A stretch of DNA of 64,000 nt from an uncultured bacterium. GTDB taxonomy: Bacteria > Armatimonadota > Abditibacteriia > Abditibacteriales > Abditibacteriaceae. The position numbers and the translations under genes are program-made. Below the pieces are notes generated by a model. The model made no database searches. It was not told the DNA's origin and was given only the letters and a program-made list of their open reading frames with translations. The stretch is from positions 2,554,375-2,618,374 of the forward strand of contig CAWJLW010000006.1 in assembly GCA_963843795.1 (NCBI GenBank). Direction: 5' to 3'. Shown piece after piece: positions 18,125-28,560 of this stretch; position 1 is the first letter of the stretch, and each line of letters begins with the position of its first letter.

Positions 18125-20875
18125 ATGCCCGAAGATCGTTCCGCTCTGCTCGCCCTGCTCAACTCGCTCGCCAAACCCCTGGCGGAAGAAACCAAGCTGA
18201 GCAACTCCAACACCGCCATCGAAGGCGGCACCGACGCGCACGTTTTGTCTCTCATCGAACGCGCGTTGGAAGCGCTGGCCAATGGCGCGCTGGCTCCCGA
18301 ATGCGAGTTTCCTTTGCAGCGTTTGCAAGATTTGTGGTCGCGCTACGATGAGGCCGAAGCGAGCGAACGTCAGCACGTTTTGGATGCGACACAGCGTTTG
18401 CTGATTCATCTGCGCGCTGCCGATTTGCGCGGCAGCGCGCAGGATGAAACCGAAGCCAACAACGCTCTGCAAGTACTTGCGGGCGACCTGACGCGCATCG
18501 GCGCGCCCAATCTCAAACGCACCGCTGAAGTTGATGAGATTGATGGCAACGAAGACGAAATCATCAACGAAGAAACGATTGAAATGGACGCGGCTCAGCG
18601 CGCAATGGAAAGCGCGCCCGCAACTTCTTTTGGTGGAGACTGGGAACGCAAACCGAGCTTTCGCGATTTTCAAAAGCAGCGCGACCCCGATTCCATCGAA
18701 GACGAAAAACCGAAAAAGAAGAAAGCTACCAAGCCCAAAAAGCCCAAAGTCGAAACTATTGCGACCGAAGATTTGGACGCCGATTTGATGTATCTCAAGG
18801 GCGTCGGGCCAAAGCGCGCGCAGCAGTTGGGCAAGCTCGGGCTGCGCACCGTGCGCGATTTGCTTTATCATTTTCCGGCCCGCTACGAAGATCGTCGTCA
18901 CGCCAAAACGATTGACCAACTGGTGGTCGGCGAGAAAGAAAGCGTTTTGGTGACGGTGCTTTACGCGCCGCAAACGCAGGCGATGGGCGGACGGATGAGC
19001 GGGCGCACGATTACGCGTGTGCGTGTGGGCGATGACAGCGGACGCATGGATTTGAGCTGGTGGAATCAGGCGTGGCGCGAAAAGCAGTTTCCCGCCGGCA
19101 CGCAGATTTTCGTTTACGGGAAAGTCACCGAATTCAACGGTTTTTTGCAGATGGATTCGCCGGATTTTGAAATCGTTTCCGACCAGGAAGACGATAGTTC
19201 CAACGCCTTGCAAGTCGGTCGCATCGTGCCAGTTTATCCCTCGACCGAAGGTTTATTGCAGCCGCATTTGCGCCGCGCCATCAAATCGGCGCTAGACAAA
19301 TTCGCGCCGCAATTGGACGAAATGCTACCGCCGCAAGTACTTGCCGAACACGATTTGCCGGAACTGGAATGGTCGTTGCGCCAAATTCATTTTCCCGACA
19401 ATTGGGACGACAAAGAAAGCGCGCGTTATCGCTTGGTTTTCGAAGAATTGTTCCTGTTGCAAATCGCCTTGGCGCAGAAGAAAATGCGCGCGCGCGGCGA
19501 AGTCGCGGGTATTCGTCACGAAATCGAGGACGAGAAAATCAAAGGCTGGGTCAAGCAGTTGCCGTTTGGCCTGACCGGCGCGCAAAAGCGCGTGATGAAC
19601 GAAGTGCGCAAAGATTTGAAAAGCGGTCGCCCAATGAATCGCTTGCTGCATGGCGATGTCGGCAGCGGCAAAACCATCGTCGCGGCGTATGCGCTGTGGT
19701 CGGCGCAGCAAAGCGGCCATCAGGGCGCGCTTTTAGCGCCCACGCAAATTCTGGCAGAACAGCATTTCACGACTTTGACGCGCTTGTTCAAACCTTTGGG
19801 CGTCGAGGTCGCGCTTTTGGAAAGCAGCTTGAAAGCCAAGCAAAAACGTCGCATTCAGGCCGATTTGAGCGAAGGCCGCGTCTCGATTGTCGTCGGCACG
19901 CACGCGCTGTTGCAAGAATCTGTCGAGTTTCACCGTTTGGGCGTCGCGGTCGTCGATGAGCAACATCGTTTCGGCGTGATGCAGCGCGCGGCATTGCAAC
20001 AAAAAGGCGCCGAAGGTTTGCGACCTGACGTTCTCGTAATGACGGCAACGCCAATTCCGCGCACCCTGGCGCTCACGGTTTACGGCGATTTGGATGTGTC
20101 GATTTTGGACGAATTGCCGCCCGGTCGCCAGCCGATTAAAACCACCAAAGTCAAACCGCAGCAGCGCGAGCGCGCGTATGCCAAAGTGCGTTCTGAAATC
20201 GCCAAAGGCCGTCAGGCGTATGTGGTTTGCCCGCTGGTGGAAGAATCGGAATCGGAGAGCTTCGCGCATCTCAAAGCGGCGACGATTTTAGCCGAAAACT
20301 TGCGCGAAGGCGAATTGAAAGATTTGCGCGTCGGCTTGATTCACGGCCAGATGGACGTTTTCGAGCGCGAAGAGCAAATGGAACTGTTCCGCGCCGGAAT
20401 GCACGACGTTTTGGTCGCGACAACTGTGATCGAAGTCGGCGTCGATGTGCCCAACGCGACCGTGATTTTGATCGAAGACGCCGAGCGTTTTGGCCTGAGC
20501 CAATTGCATCAGTTGCGCGGTCGCGTCGGTCGCGGCCAGCACGCCAGCCATTGCATTTTGCTGGGCGACCCGAAAACCGATGAAGGCAAAGCGCGCCTGA
20601 CAGTGATGTGCAAAACGCAAAACGGCTTTGAAATCGCCGAGCACGATTTGCAGTGGCGCGGCCCGGGCGAATTCTACGGCACGCGCCAATCCGGTTTGCC
20701 TGATTTCCGCTTGGCCAACATCATTACGGATGTCGATGTCATCGCCGTCGCCCGCGCCACTGCTTTTGAACTGATTCGCGAAGACCCCGATTTGGAGCGC
20801 GAAGAACATCAAGTTCTGCAAGAAGCCCTGATGCGCTTCTGGGGCGATAAATTGAGCTTGATTCAAGTGAGTTAG
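18125..20875 (+). CDS. recG: ATP-dependent DNA helicase RecG with long N-terminal extension
   Basis: LKGVGPKRA, RLLHGDVGSGKT, DEQHRFG, MTATPIPRTL, QLHQLRGRVGRG. Confidence 0.97.
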   Translation: MPEDRSALLALLNSLAKPLAEETKLSNSNTAIEGGTDAHVLSLIERALEALANGALAPECEFPLQRLQDLWSRYDEAEASERQHVLDATQRLLIHLRAADLRGSAQDETEANNALQVLAGDLTRIGAPNLKRTAEVDEIDGNEDEIINEETIEMDAAQRAMESAPATSFGGDWERKPSFRDFQKQRDPDSIEDEKPKKKKATKPKKPKVETIATEDLDADLMYLKGVGPKRAQQLGKLGLRTVRDLLYHFPARYEDRRHAKTIDQLVVGEKESVLVTVLYAPQTQAMGGRMSGRTITRVRVGDDSGRMDLSWWNQAWREKQFPAGTQIFVYGKVTEFNGFLQMDSPDFEIVSDQEDDSSNALQVGRIVPVYPSTEGLLQPHLRRAIKSALDKFAPQLDEMLPPQVLAEHDLPELEWSLRQIHFPDNWDDKESARYRLVFEELFLLQIALAQKKMRARGEVAGIRHEIEDEKIKGWVKQLPFGLTGAQKRVMNEVRKDLKSGRPMNRLLHGDVGSGKTIVAAYALWSAQQSGHQGALLAPTQILAEQHFTTLTRLFKPLGVEVALLESSLKAKQKRRIQADLSEGRVSIVVGTHALLQESVEFHRLGVAVVDEQHRFGVMQRAALQQKGAEGLRPDVLVMTATPIPRTLALTVYGDLDVSILDELPPGRQPIKTTKVKPQQRERAYAKVRSEIAKGRQAYVVCPLVEESESESFAHLKAATILAENLREGELKDLRVGLIHGQMDVFEREEQMELFRAGMHDVLVATTVIEVGVDVPNATVILIEDAERFGLSQLHQLRGRVGRGQHASHCILLGDPKTDEGKARLTVMCKTQNGFEIAEHDLQWRGPGEFYGTRQSGLPDFRLANIITDVDVIAVARATAFELIREDPDLEREEHQVLQEALMRFWGDKLSLIQVS

Positions 20876-21039
20876 GCGTAGAAAGCGACGGTGCAAAAAA
20901 AGATAACAGCCTCGCAAGACCAATGGGAAGACTAGATGAAAACGGAACTTTCTCATCGCTCTTAAATGCAAAAACACTTGTGATTATTTCGTATATGCGT
21001 TAAACCCTAATAACCGGCACAAAGTGTGGAATGACAGCC

Positions 21040-21600
21040 TGCAAGACCCACTCGCTCGTGCGCATTCCTCATTGTGTCTGGATGTAGCATTGGCGCAGTG
21101 CAACTGGGGCAAACACAAGAAGTCGTGTATCAAAAAATGGGGCAGCCCATGAAATCGGAAATGCGCCGTTGTGGCACCGATGTCATCAACTTACAAACAA
21201 TTTAAAGAGGAACAAGAATTATAGGTTTGCTGAAGCCAGTTGATCATTTGGAAGCGATAAACAACCTTAAATCGCTGACACAAAAAATTTGGATGTTCCA
21301 ACGTTGTTGAAGTGATGAATACGATTCAGGGCGTAGTGGTGCAAATTACCACTACTCTCAGCGGTTATAGGACGGCAAATAATTTATCTAATTGACTCTA
21401 CGAACAAGAATTTTTGCAGCAGTTCGGCGAAGTTGAAGACAGCAACAATGTCTCGGTCGATGGCGATTCGAAAGGCCAGCTGGCGATTCGACTGCCATGA
21501 AAGACTGGTGGGATTACAAAAAGCAGGGCATAAGTATCGAAAGCCGCTGGCATTTTGAAACGTCAGACTCCGAAAGACGTAATGATTGAAGAAATTTCGT
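21040..21600 (+). pseudogene. degraded AT-rich ORF fragments
   Basis: Protein-like fragments (SIGAVQLGQTQEVVYQKMGQP; GVVVQITTTLSGYRTANN) broken by stops and frameshifts; boundaries approximate. Confidence 0.4.
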
Positions 21601-21671
21601 TCAATCCCATCAAATCAATATAGAACAACTATTGATTCAATTAAATAGTGCTCCACAGAGGAGAAGCGGAA

Positions 21672-21902
21672 ATGGTCAACACGAATTTAGAACGAGAATT
21701 ACATCAGCAAATGGAGCATTTGCCGTTGGGACAACAACGTCAGGTTTTAGATTTCGCACGCGCGTTAGCTTCGGCGCGCGCACGCGGAGTTGAAGGTCGG
21801 CAATTGTTACAATTCGCGGGAATGATCGACAGAGATGAATTGAAAATTTTTGCTCAGGCGATTGCAGACGACTGCGAAAAGGTTGATGAGAATGAATGGT
21901 AG
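21672..21902 (+). CDS. putative type II antitoxin (DUF2281-like)
   Basis: LP..QQRQVLDFARAL; overlaps the downstream PIN toxin. Confidence 0.7.
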   Translation: MVNTNLERELHQQMEHLPLGQQRQVLDFARALASARARGVEGRQLLQFAGMIDRDELKIFAQAIADDCEKVDENEW

Positions 21903-22281
21903 ATATTTGCTCGACACCAACATTCTCATTGCGCTTTTCGCGGGCGATGCTCAGGTGCAGGCCCAGTTGGGTGAGGTCAGCGAAGTGCTTATTCCAAGTA
22001 TTGTATTCGGCGAACTCTACTATGGCGCTCGTAAATCAGGTCGAGTCGAAGCAAATATCCAAAGAATAGACGAACTATTGGCCAGTAGCGCAGTTTTGGC
22101 TTGCGATGCAGAAACCGCTCAAAGTTATGCCATCGTCAAAAACGAATTGCGGCTCAACGGTAAGCCGATTCCAGAAAACGATATTTGGATCGCAGCGCTC
22201 GCCTTGCAGCACGATTTGATTTTGGTGACGCGTGATGCGCATTTTCAACAAGTGCAGGATTTGACAGTCGAAAAGTGGTGA
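21892..22281 (+). CDS. vapC: VapC-family PIN-domain toxin
   Basis: YLLDTNIL, GELYYGA, ENDIWIAA.AL..DL.LVTRD.HF. Confidence 0.93.
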   Translation: MNGRYLLDTNILIALFAGDAQVQAQLGEVSEVLIPSIVFGELYYGARKSGRVEANIQRIDELLASSAVLACDAETAQSYAIVKNELRLNGKPIPENDIWIAALALQHDLILVTRDAHFQQVQDLTVEKW

Positions 22282-22286
22282 ACTGA

Positions 22287-22320
22287 AAAAGCGCGCTGCA
22301 AGTACTTGCAGCGCGCTTTT
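22287..22320. terminator. bidirectional terminator-like 34-bp palindrome with core
   Basis: AAAAGCGCGCT-core-AGCGCGCTTTT between convergent genes. Confidence 0.75.
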
Positions 22321-22326
22321 GCTGAT

Positions 22327-23160
22327 TTATTTCGCTTCGTCTGGCGAATGTTCGCGCAGCCAGGCGCGGAGCGGCACATCTTCGTCGCTGGGCGAATAGT
22401 GGCCGTTGCTGTTCACGCCCCAGCCGAGCATTTGGCGGCGAATCGGCGAACTTTGCTCCCATAAATCGCTCACCGTCATGTCGTCTTTGGTGCGCAGCCA
22501 GCGATAACCGTAGCCGTAGAAAAGGATTTTGCGCGTGATGTCCGACCAGTTCGGGCTGGCAGTGTGCCACAAACGGCGGTCGAAAAATACTACGGTGCCA
22601 GCTTTGGCTTTCACGGGAATCGCGCCTTCGGGTTGGCCGATTCCGTCCGACGGGCGTTGCAAATTATCTTGCAGATGACTGCCCGGAATGACCCAGAAAT
22701 TGCCGCGTCCTTCTTCGCTGGTGTCGGAGAGAAAATATGCGACTTTGAGCGATAAGCGCGGGCGCGGGTGAGATTCCATTTCCTGATTGACGCGGCCCGA
22801 ATCCTGATGCCAGCCAAAGGTTTTGTCGTTGCGCGTTTGGCCCGAAGGCGGTGTCACGATGAGATGCGCGTGATACAGATAAATATTCCAGCCCAAAATG
22901 CCCCACACTTTGGGCAAAATTTGCGGGTTATCCACCAATTCGAGAAATAAATCGTCGTCGGGAATGAAGTTCGGGTAAAACAAGGCTTGCATCGGATCGT
23001 GGCCCGCATCGAGCTTGGTTTGATAAACGCGGTCGGTCGCAGCGGTGAGCGCCTTAATATGTTCGGGCGACAGCACGTTTTCAATTTGCAGCCAGCCGGT
23101 TTCTTCAAAAGTGCGGCGTTCTTCTTCGGTCAGTCGATGTTGCAAACAAGACAAATCCAT
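22327..23160 (-). CDS. phytanoyl-CoA dioxygenase (PhyH) family 2OG-Fe(II) oxygenase
   Basis: FEETGWL, WHQD, VIPGSH, AGTVVFFDRRLWH. Confidence 0.9.
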   Translation of the reverse strand: MDLSCLQHRLTEEERRTFEETGWLQIENVLSPEHIKALTAATDRVYQTKLDAGHDPMQALFYPNFIPDDDLFLELVDNPQILPKVWGILGWNIYLYHAHLIVTPPSGQTRNDKTFGWHQDSGRVNQEMESHPRPRLSLKVAYFLSDTSEEGRGNFWVIPGSHLQDNLQRPSDGIGQPEGAIPVKAKAGTVVFFDRRLWHTASPNWSDITRKILFYGYGYRWLRTKDDMTVSDLWEQSSPIRRQMLGWGVNSNGHYSPSDEDVPLRAWLREHSPDEAK

Positions 23161-23267
23161 AACAAAACACCTCTCGGCGTGGCAGTTTACAAGTTACCAA
23201 TTGGGACGTATCAGATAAAATGTCTTGAGGCCTGTGCAAATCGCTGCAGTACTTGCACCACGAATTT

Positions 23268-23897
23268 ATGAGAATTATTGGCGGAGAACTCAAAGGGCGC
23301 ACCTTGCAATCGCGCGAAGGACGGGGCACGCGGCCCACCGACGCTCGCGCGAGAGAAATGCTGTTCAACATTTTGGGTGCGCGGACGGTGGAAGCGCGTT
23401 TTCTCGATTTGTATGGCGGAACCGGTAGCGTGGGCTTGGAAGCTCTAAGTCGCGGCGCAAGTTTTTGCGTTTTTATCGAGCAAAATGCCAGTGCGTGTCG
23501 GGTAATCAAAGCGAATTTAAAAATTTTGGGGCTGAGCGAACGAGCGCAGGTGTGGAACGCGAGCGTGAAATCGGCGCTAAAACGCTTGACGGAGGACGAA
23601 AAACAGTTCGATATCGTGTTTTGTGATCCGCCGTTTGACAACGCGCGCGAATTGCCGGAACTGTGCCGTGCGTTGGACAAATCGCGGTCATTATTGCATA
23701 ATGTGACGGGACACGAAAACCGCACTGTGGCGCTCAGCGATTCTTCAGAGGGCACCGCAACTCATCCGTTTGCCCCCGAATCTTCGTCGTTTCTGATTAT
23801 TCAGCACCATCGCAAGGCCACGCCGCAGCTCAATGCGCCGTGGCAATTGCAACAGGAACGGCGTGCCGGAGAATCGACGCTGTCGTTTTTTCGATAA
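23268..23897 (+). CDS. rsmD: 16S rRNA m2G966 methyltransferase
   Basis: MRIIGG..KGR, TRPT, FLDLYGGTGSVGLEALSRGA, FCDPPF. Confidence 0.93.
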   Translation: MRIIGGELKGRTLQSREGRGTRPTDARAREMLFNILGARTVEARFLDLYGGTGSVGLEALSRGASFCVFIEQNASACRVIKANLKILGLSERAQVWNASVKSALKRLTEDEKQFDIVFCDPPFDNARELPELCRALDKSRSLLHNVTGHENRTVALSDSSEGTATHPFAPESSSFLIIQHHRKATPQLNAPWQLQQERRAGESTLSFFR

Positions 23898-24017
23898 GAA
23901 TTGCCGGATTTTTCGGCATGACAAACGTTTTTTGTGTCTGATTTAAAATAACAATTTGAAACTTTGCGGCGGCACTTTCAGCCAACGTGCCGCCATGTTG
24001 TCAGGGAGGGCTGAACC

Positions 24018-24617
24018 ATCGACGTTTATGGCATTATTGAAGAACTGGAGCAGTTAGTCGAAAGCGGCAAAGGTCGCGTTTTCGGCAGAGTAATTATTGA
24101 CGAAGAATCTTTTTACGTTCAAACCGCCAAGTTGCGTAAAACGTTGCCCGATGTCATCAAGCAGGCTTCGGACGTAGTGAAACGGCGCGACGAAGTGCTG
24201 GGGAATTCGGAAAGCGACGCCAACCGTTTGCTGACCGAAGCGCAAGAAGAATCGCAGCGTTTGCGTTCGGATGCGCGCGCGCAATCAGAGCGCATGGTGG
24301 CCAACGCGCGCGAAGATCACGACCGCATTATCGAAGATGCACGCCGCGAAGCCGAACGCATCGAAGCGGATGCGCGCGAGCATTCCGAGCAACTGGTCGC
24401 CGATAACACGATTACACAACGCGCCCAGCAAGCGGCAGACGAGATGCATCGTCAGGCCGTCGAAGAAAGCGAAGATTTGCGCGCGCAAACCATGGAATGG
24501 TCGCTGGCACGTTTGGAACAGTTGGAAGCGATTCTGGGCAAGCTGGCGCACAGCGTGGCACAGGGCAAAGAAGAGTTGGCGCGATCCAACGAATCTTACG
24601 GCGAAGACGAAGCCTAA
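24018..24617 (+). CDS. coiled-coil protein (ATP synthase b/DivIVA-like) with apparent ATC start
   Basis: GGAGG SD 8 nt before ATC GAC GTT; in-frame TGA at 24012; reads (M)DVYGIIEELEQLVE...LPDVIKQA. Confidence 0.7.
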   Translation: MDVYGIIEELEQLVESGKGRVFGRVIIDEESFYVQTAKLRKTLPDVIKQASDVVKRRDEVLGNSESDANRLLTEAQEESQRLRSDARAQSERMVANAREDHDRIIEDARREAERIEADAREHSEQLVADNTITQRAQQAADEMHRQAVEESEDLRAQTMEWSLARLEQLEAILGKLAHSVAQGKEELARSNESYGEDEA

Positions 24618-24779
24618 ACGTAAATTCCTGTCAATTCGAACCTTACAACAAGCGGCGCGCCAAAACTGGCGCGTTCGCTTTGTCACTTGTGCAGATAGCC
24701 ATTTTTCGAATCTCTGGCAACTGAAGTGCCGTGCAAGTACTTGCAGACAACAAAAACTTTTTTTGATTTTTATCTTCTC

Positions 24780-26276
24780 ATGCTGCCCACGCCACGTTTT
24801 TCTCCCTGGCTCCGCGTTCTAATTTTTGGCGTCGGCGCGGCTATCGCCAGCGTGATATTTACGGGCCTTGTTTTGCTGGCAACGAGCTTTGCAGTACAGA
24901 AAGCGGGACGCGATGTAGGCGCCGTGCAAGGCGAACTGGGCGAGTATGCACTGTGGCTAAATTTACTGGCGTATCCAACGATTTGGATGTGGCTGGTTTT
25001 CTGTCGCCGCAGCTACGACAGACGTCCGGTGCGCGCGCTGGGCTTGCGCACCCAAAGTATGATGCGCGCGCTCTCTAGCGGTGCTGTAGCGGGCGTGATG
25101 GCGGTTGCCTGGTTGTGCGGTATGCTGTGGCTGTGCGGCGGCGTGCAATTCAATGGATTCTCGACCGCGCTTTCCACCCTGAGTCCCATCGCGATTGTCG
25201 GGCAAATGAGCTTTTATGCTCTGATTTTCGCGGCGGTTGGCTTCATGGAAGAAGCGATATTTCGCGGCTACGCTCTGCACAACTTTGGCGCTGCGATTGG
25301 CTTGCGCGCTGCAATCTGGCTGCAAGCCATCTTGTTCGCCCTCATTCATCTGGGCAATATCGGCGCGGGCGGCAGCGACGTCTCGATCAATACGCAGTGG
25401 ATAGATGCGTTGCGCGCGCTGCCTTCGCTGGCGCTCATCGGGGCGACTTTCGCCTTATTTTGGGCCAAGAGCGGCACGCTGTGGTATTCAATTGGCTTTC
25501 ATGGCGCGTGGAATTTCGCGCTGGGCTGTATCTTTTCACTGCCGGTTAGTGGCCTAAAAACTTTTCGTTTATTCGACATCGCAGCTAGCGGCAACTCTTG
25601 GATTAACGGCGGCAGTTTCGGCGCCGAAGGTAGCATTTTGTTGTGGCCCATTTTGGCCGCATTGTGGCTAGTGTTACGACGCCTGCCCGATCATCCCCAA
25701 GCCCTGCACGATTTGAATTTACTTGAGCAAAGCGCTCCGCAAGTACTTGCAGCGTCTCAAAACCTCATGCCAGTCCCAGAAAATGAACCCGAAGATACCG
25801 GAGTTAACCAACGGCGCTCGCGGTTTCAAACCTCAATGCGCGCAGCGCGCGAAGCCGATGAAAACAATCTCCGCGAATTTCCAATTCTCGGACAGCTACC
25901 AGACAAAAATGAAATCAACGACCAAAGCAAATCCGCTGCATCCGCACCAAGTGTGACCGATTTTTCGCACGCCTGGACTCCGCTGCCCGAATCAGCTCCG
26001 AACAAACAGTCGATTGAAACTGCGCCCGCCGAAGACGCGCCAGAAGAAGTTGATTTTTCGGATGCAGATTTCCAATTTCAACCGCTGCCTGCCGCGCCGA
26101 AATCAGCAAGCCCGACCAAGTTGGAGTTGGAATCAGCAGCACCTGAAGGAAAGAATTCTGGCGCAGACGACACGATGGTCACCAACCAAACCTCTGAAAT
26201 TGAAGTCGCGGCGACAGAAACGTCGGCGACAGAAACGTCGGCGCCGGTGCGCCAACGTCCGACGGCGCGCTGGTAA
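24780..26276 (+). CDS. CPBP (Abi/CAAX) intramembrane protease with disordered C-terminal tail
   Basis: EEAIFRG, FALIH, FHGAWN motifs; multiple TMs. Confidence 0.88.
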   Translation: MLPTPRFSPWLRVLIFGVGAAIASVIFTGLVLLATSFAVQKAGRDVGAVQGELGEYALWLNLLAYPTIWMWLVFCRRSYDRRPVRALGLRTQSMMRALSSGAVAGVMAVAWLCGMLWLCGGVQFNGFSTALSTLSPIAIVGQMSFYALIFAAVGFMEEAIFRGYALHNFGAAIGLRAAIWLQAILFALIHLGNIGAGGSDVSINTQWIDALRALPSLALIGATFALFWAKSGTLWYSIGFHGAWNFALGCIFSLPVSGLKTFRLFDIAASGNSWINGGSFGAEGSILLWPILAALWLVLRRLPDHPQALHDLNLLEQSAPQVLAASQNLMPVPENEPEDTGVNQRRSRFQTSMRAAREADENNLREFPILGQLPDKNEINDQSKSAASAPSVTDFSHAWTPLPESAPNKQSIETAPAEDAPEEVDFSDADFQFQPLPAAPKSASPTKLELESAAPEGKNSGADDTMVTNQTSEIEVAATETSATETSAPVRQRPTARW

Positions 26277-26290
26277 ATTTGGCATGGCCA

Positions 26291-26318
26291 TTGACGTGAT
26301 TTCTGAGCGTGTTAAGAT
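26291..26318 (+). promoter_or_regulatory. sigma70-type promoter of the MFS gene
   Basis: TTGACG-16 nt-TAAGAT with extended TGn. Confidence 0.45.
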
Positions 26319-26414
26319 GCCATAGGTGCCGTAAATCATCGGCATTAGGTTTGGCAAGTACTTGCCGTTTACTTTTTCAGTTCACTGTCTGCATCTTTCT
26401 GCGCATTGTTTTTC

Positions 26415-27902
26415 ATGCCTTTGACCATCGAGCCAGACGCCGCAACTCCCACTTCTGAACCCTCAGTCCCAGCGCGTCTGCCTTCGCAAGACGTGCGCGT
26501 TTCCATGACGCGTTCGATTGCGGCGTGGGGGTTTGGCGCCGCGTATTTCAATTTGACCAGCGGCGCGATTTATACCGCCTTCGCGCGCGAGATCGGCGCC
26601 AACAACACGGCGTTTGGTATTCTCGCCGCAGTTTTGCCGTTGATGAGCTTTTTGCAGGTCATCGCTGCGTGGCAGCTCGAACGCACGCGACGGCGCAAGC
26701 GCCAATTTCTCATCACCGGCCTTATAGCGCGCTCGTTGTGGCTTCTTGTGCCACTTTTGGCCTTGACCAATTACTGGTTTCCCGCGCTGTTGCCACGCCC
26801 GTTTTTACTGCCGAGCGTAATTTTTGTCATTACGATTTCCGCTATTTGCCAAGCGTTCATCGGGCCGGCATTTTTCTCGTGGATGACCGATTTGGCGCAC
26901 TCGCGCGTGCGCGCGACTTTCTTTGCACGTCGCGTTCAAATCGGCACTTTCTCGGCTCTGCTCGTTTCAATTGCGGGCGGCTTAATCGCCGACAGTTACC
27001 CTCATTTGCCGGTTTATTGTGCAATTTTGCTACTGGCTGGCGTTGCCGGTATTCTGGATATCGCGATTTTCTTTGGAGTGCGCGAACCCCGTTTCGGGCA
27101 ATATAATCCCGCACAAGCTCGCGAAATCGAAGCGGCCCTGGACGAACTCGGACGCAATGTACCTTCGCCCCTAGCTTCCATTCGCGAACCATTGAGCGAC
27201 CCCAGCGTGCGACGTTTTCTCACTTTCGTCTGTCTGTTGTTTTGTGGCTACGGGCTTTACGGTCCATTTTTGTGGCTTCATTCGCTGGAATATTTGGGAC
27301 TTTCCAAAACCGAAACCGGCTTATTAGTAAATGCGTTACCGATGCTTGCCATCGCGCTCACTTCGCCGTTCTGGGGCCGTCTGACACAGCGTTATGGCAA
27401 TCGTCCAGTTATGCGATTGGGCACGACCGGCATGACGTTGGTGCCGATCGGCATGCTGCTCATTCAGCCTGATCCGACGTTATTCGCGAAAGTGATGCTG
27501 GGCTTTTTATTCTTCGCTTCAGGCATTTTATTCGTAGCAGTCGATTTGGCCAATGTGAATTTAGTGACGGCTTTGGCACCAGAAGTACCACGTTCGACCA
27601 TGACAGCCTTATACTCTATCGCAGCAGGTTGTTCATTTGCCATCTGTTCGGTAATCGCCGGGCGCTTGTCAGATGCTTTGAATAATTGGCAGTGGAGCAT
27701 TGGCGACCTGCAATTTGTAAACTTTCATGTGTTGTTTGCATTGTCGCTGGGGGTGCGTTTGGTCAACACTGTACTGGTAGTGCCACGCTTGCAAGAGCCG
27801 GATGCGCGTTCGATGCGCTTTATGACACGCGAGGTAGTGCCACAAATTTACAACAATTTTCTGGGTCGACTGCCACAACTGCTAACACGCGACAACGATT
27901 GA
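26415..27902 (+). CDS. MFS transporter
   Basis: About 12 hydrophobic segments; WGRLTQRYGNR motif-A-like loop. Confidence 0.88.
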   Translation: MPLTIEPDAATPTSEPSVPARLPSQDVRVSMTRSIAAWGFGAAYFNLTSGAIYTAFAREIGANNTAFGILAAVLPLMSFLQVIAAWQLERTRRRKRQFLITGLIARSLWLLVPLLALTNYWFPALLPRPFLLPSVIFVITISAICQAFIGPAFFSWMTDLAHSRVRATFFARRVQIGTFSALLVSIAGGLIADSYPHLPVYCAILLLAGVAGILDIAIFFGVREPRFGQYNPAQAREIEAALDELGRNVPSPLASIREPLSDPSVRRFLTFVCLLFCGYGLYGPFLWLHSLEYLGLSKTETGLLVNALPMLAIALTSPFWGRLTQRYGNRPVMRLGTTGMTLVPIGMLLIQPDPTLFAKVMLGFLFFASGILFVAVDLANVNLVTALAPEVPRSTMTALYSIAAGCSFAICSVIAGRLSDALNNWQWSIGDLQFVNFHVLFALSLGVRLVNTVLVVPRLQEPDARSMRFMTREVVPQIYNNFLGRLPQLLTRDND

Positions 27903-28003
27903 TTTTGCAATTATTCGCTGTCGATTAAAATAAAACTAACGGTTAAAACGGTAATAAAGGAGGCATTTTGCCTTCACGAGTTCTTGTTGGAAGGAAACAG
28001 CTT

Positions 28004-28558
28004 ATGCATCACGGAGATTTTTTGGACTACGGTTTGCGCATTCAAGAAGCAGAAGACGAATGGCGTCTTGACAATATTCTCAAGGAACTGAGCGATCTCG
28101 CTCCCGACGACGAATGTCCCGATTGTGCGCTTTTACGCGCTGCGGCCCGCCACAAACGCGATAAACGCTTAGTCTTAGTCAGCTTGGAAGAACGCGAACG
28201 CTTGCTGCCGATGGCACAAAAATGGTGTTCGATGATTTCGAAAACCAGTCGCGACAAACAACGCGAAAACTACCGCGACGCATTATGCGGCGATGGTCAC
28301 ATCCAAACCTTGTGCGAGCGAGACCGCAAAACCCGCGATTTCCACGCGATGTTGTGCAAATATACCGAAATCGAAAACAAAGCCGAAGACGACTACTCCG
28401 ACGAAGAATTGAAAACGCTCGGCTCGGCCCTGCTTCTGGTCGAAGAAGCCGCCGAACAATGGGCGCAAGGCTTCGATTCCAAACGCCGCGAACCCAAAGC
28501 CTGGCACTGCGACCATACCGTCCGCACCATTTGGACGCGCGACACCGTTCTGACATAA
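28004..28558 (+). CDS. hypothetical protein
   Basis: GAAGGA SD; host-like codon use; no recognised motif. Confidence 0.6.
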   Translation: MHHGDFLDYGLRIQEAEDEWRLDNILKELSDLAPDDECPDCALLRAAARHKRDKRLVLVSLEERERLLPMAQKWCSMISKTSRDKQRENYRDALCGDGHIQTLCERDRKTRDFHAMLCKYTEIENKAEDDYSDEELKTLGSALLLVEEAAEQWAQGFDSKRREPKAWHCDHTVRTIWTRDTVLT

Positions 28559-28560
28559 GC

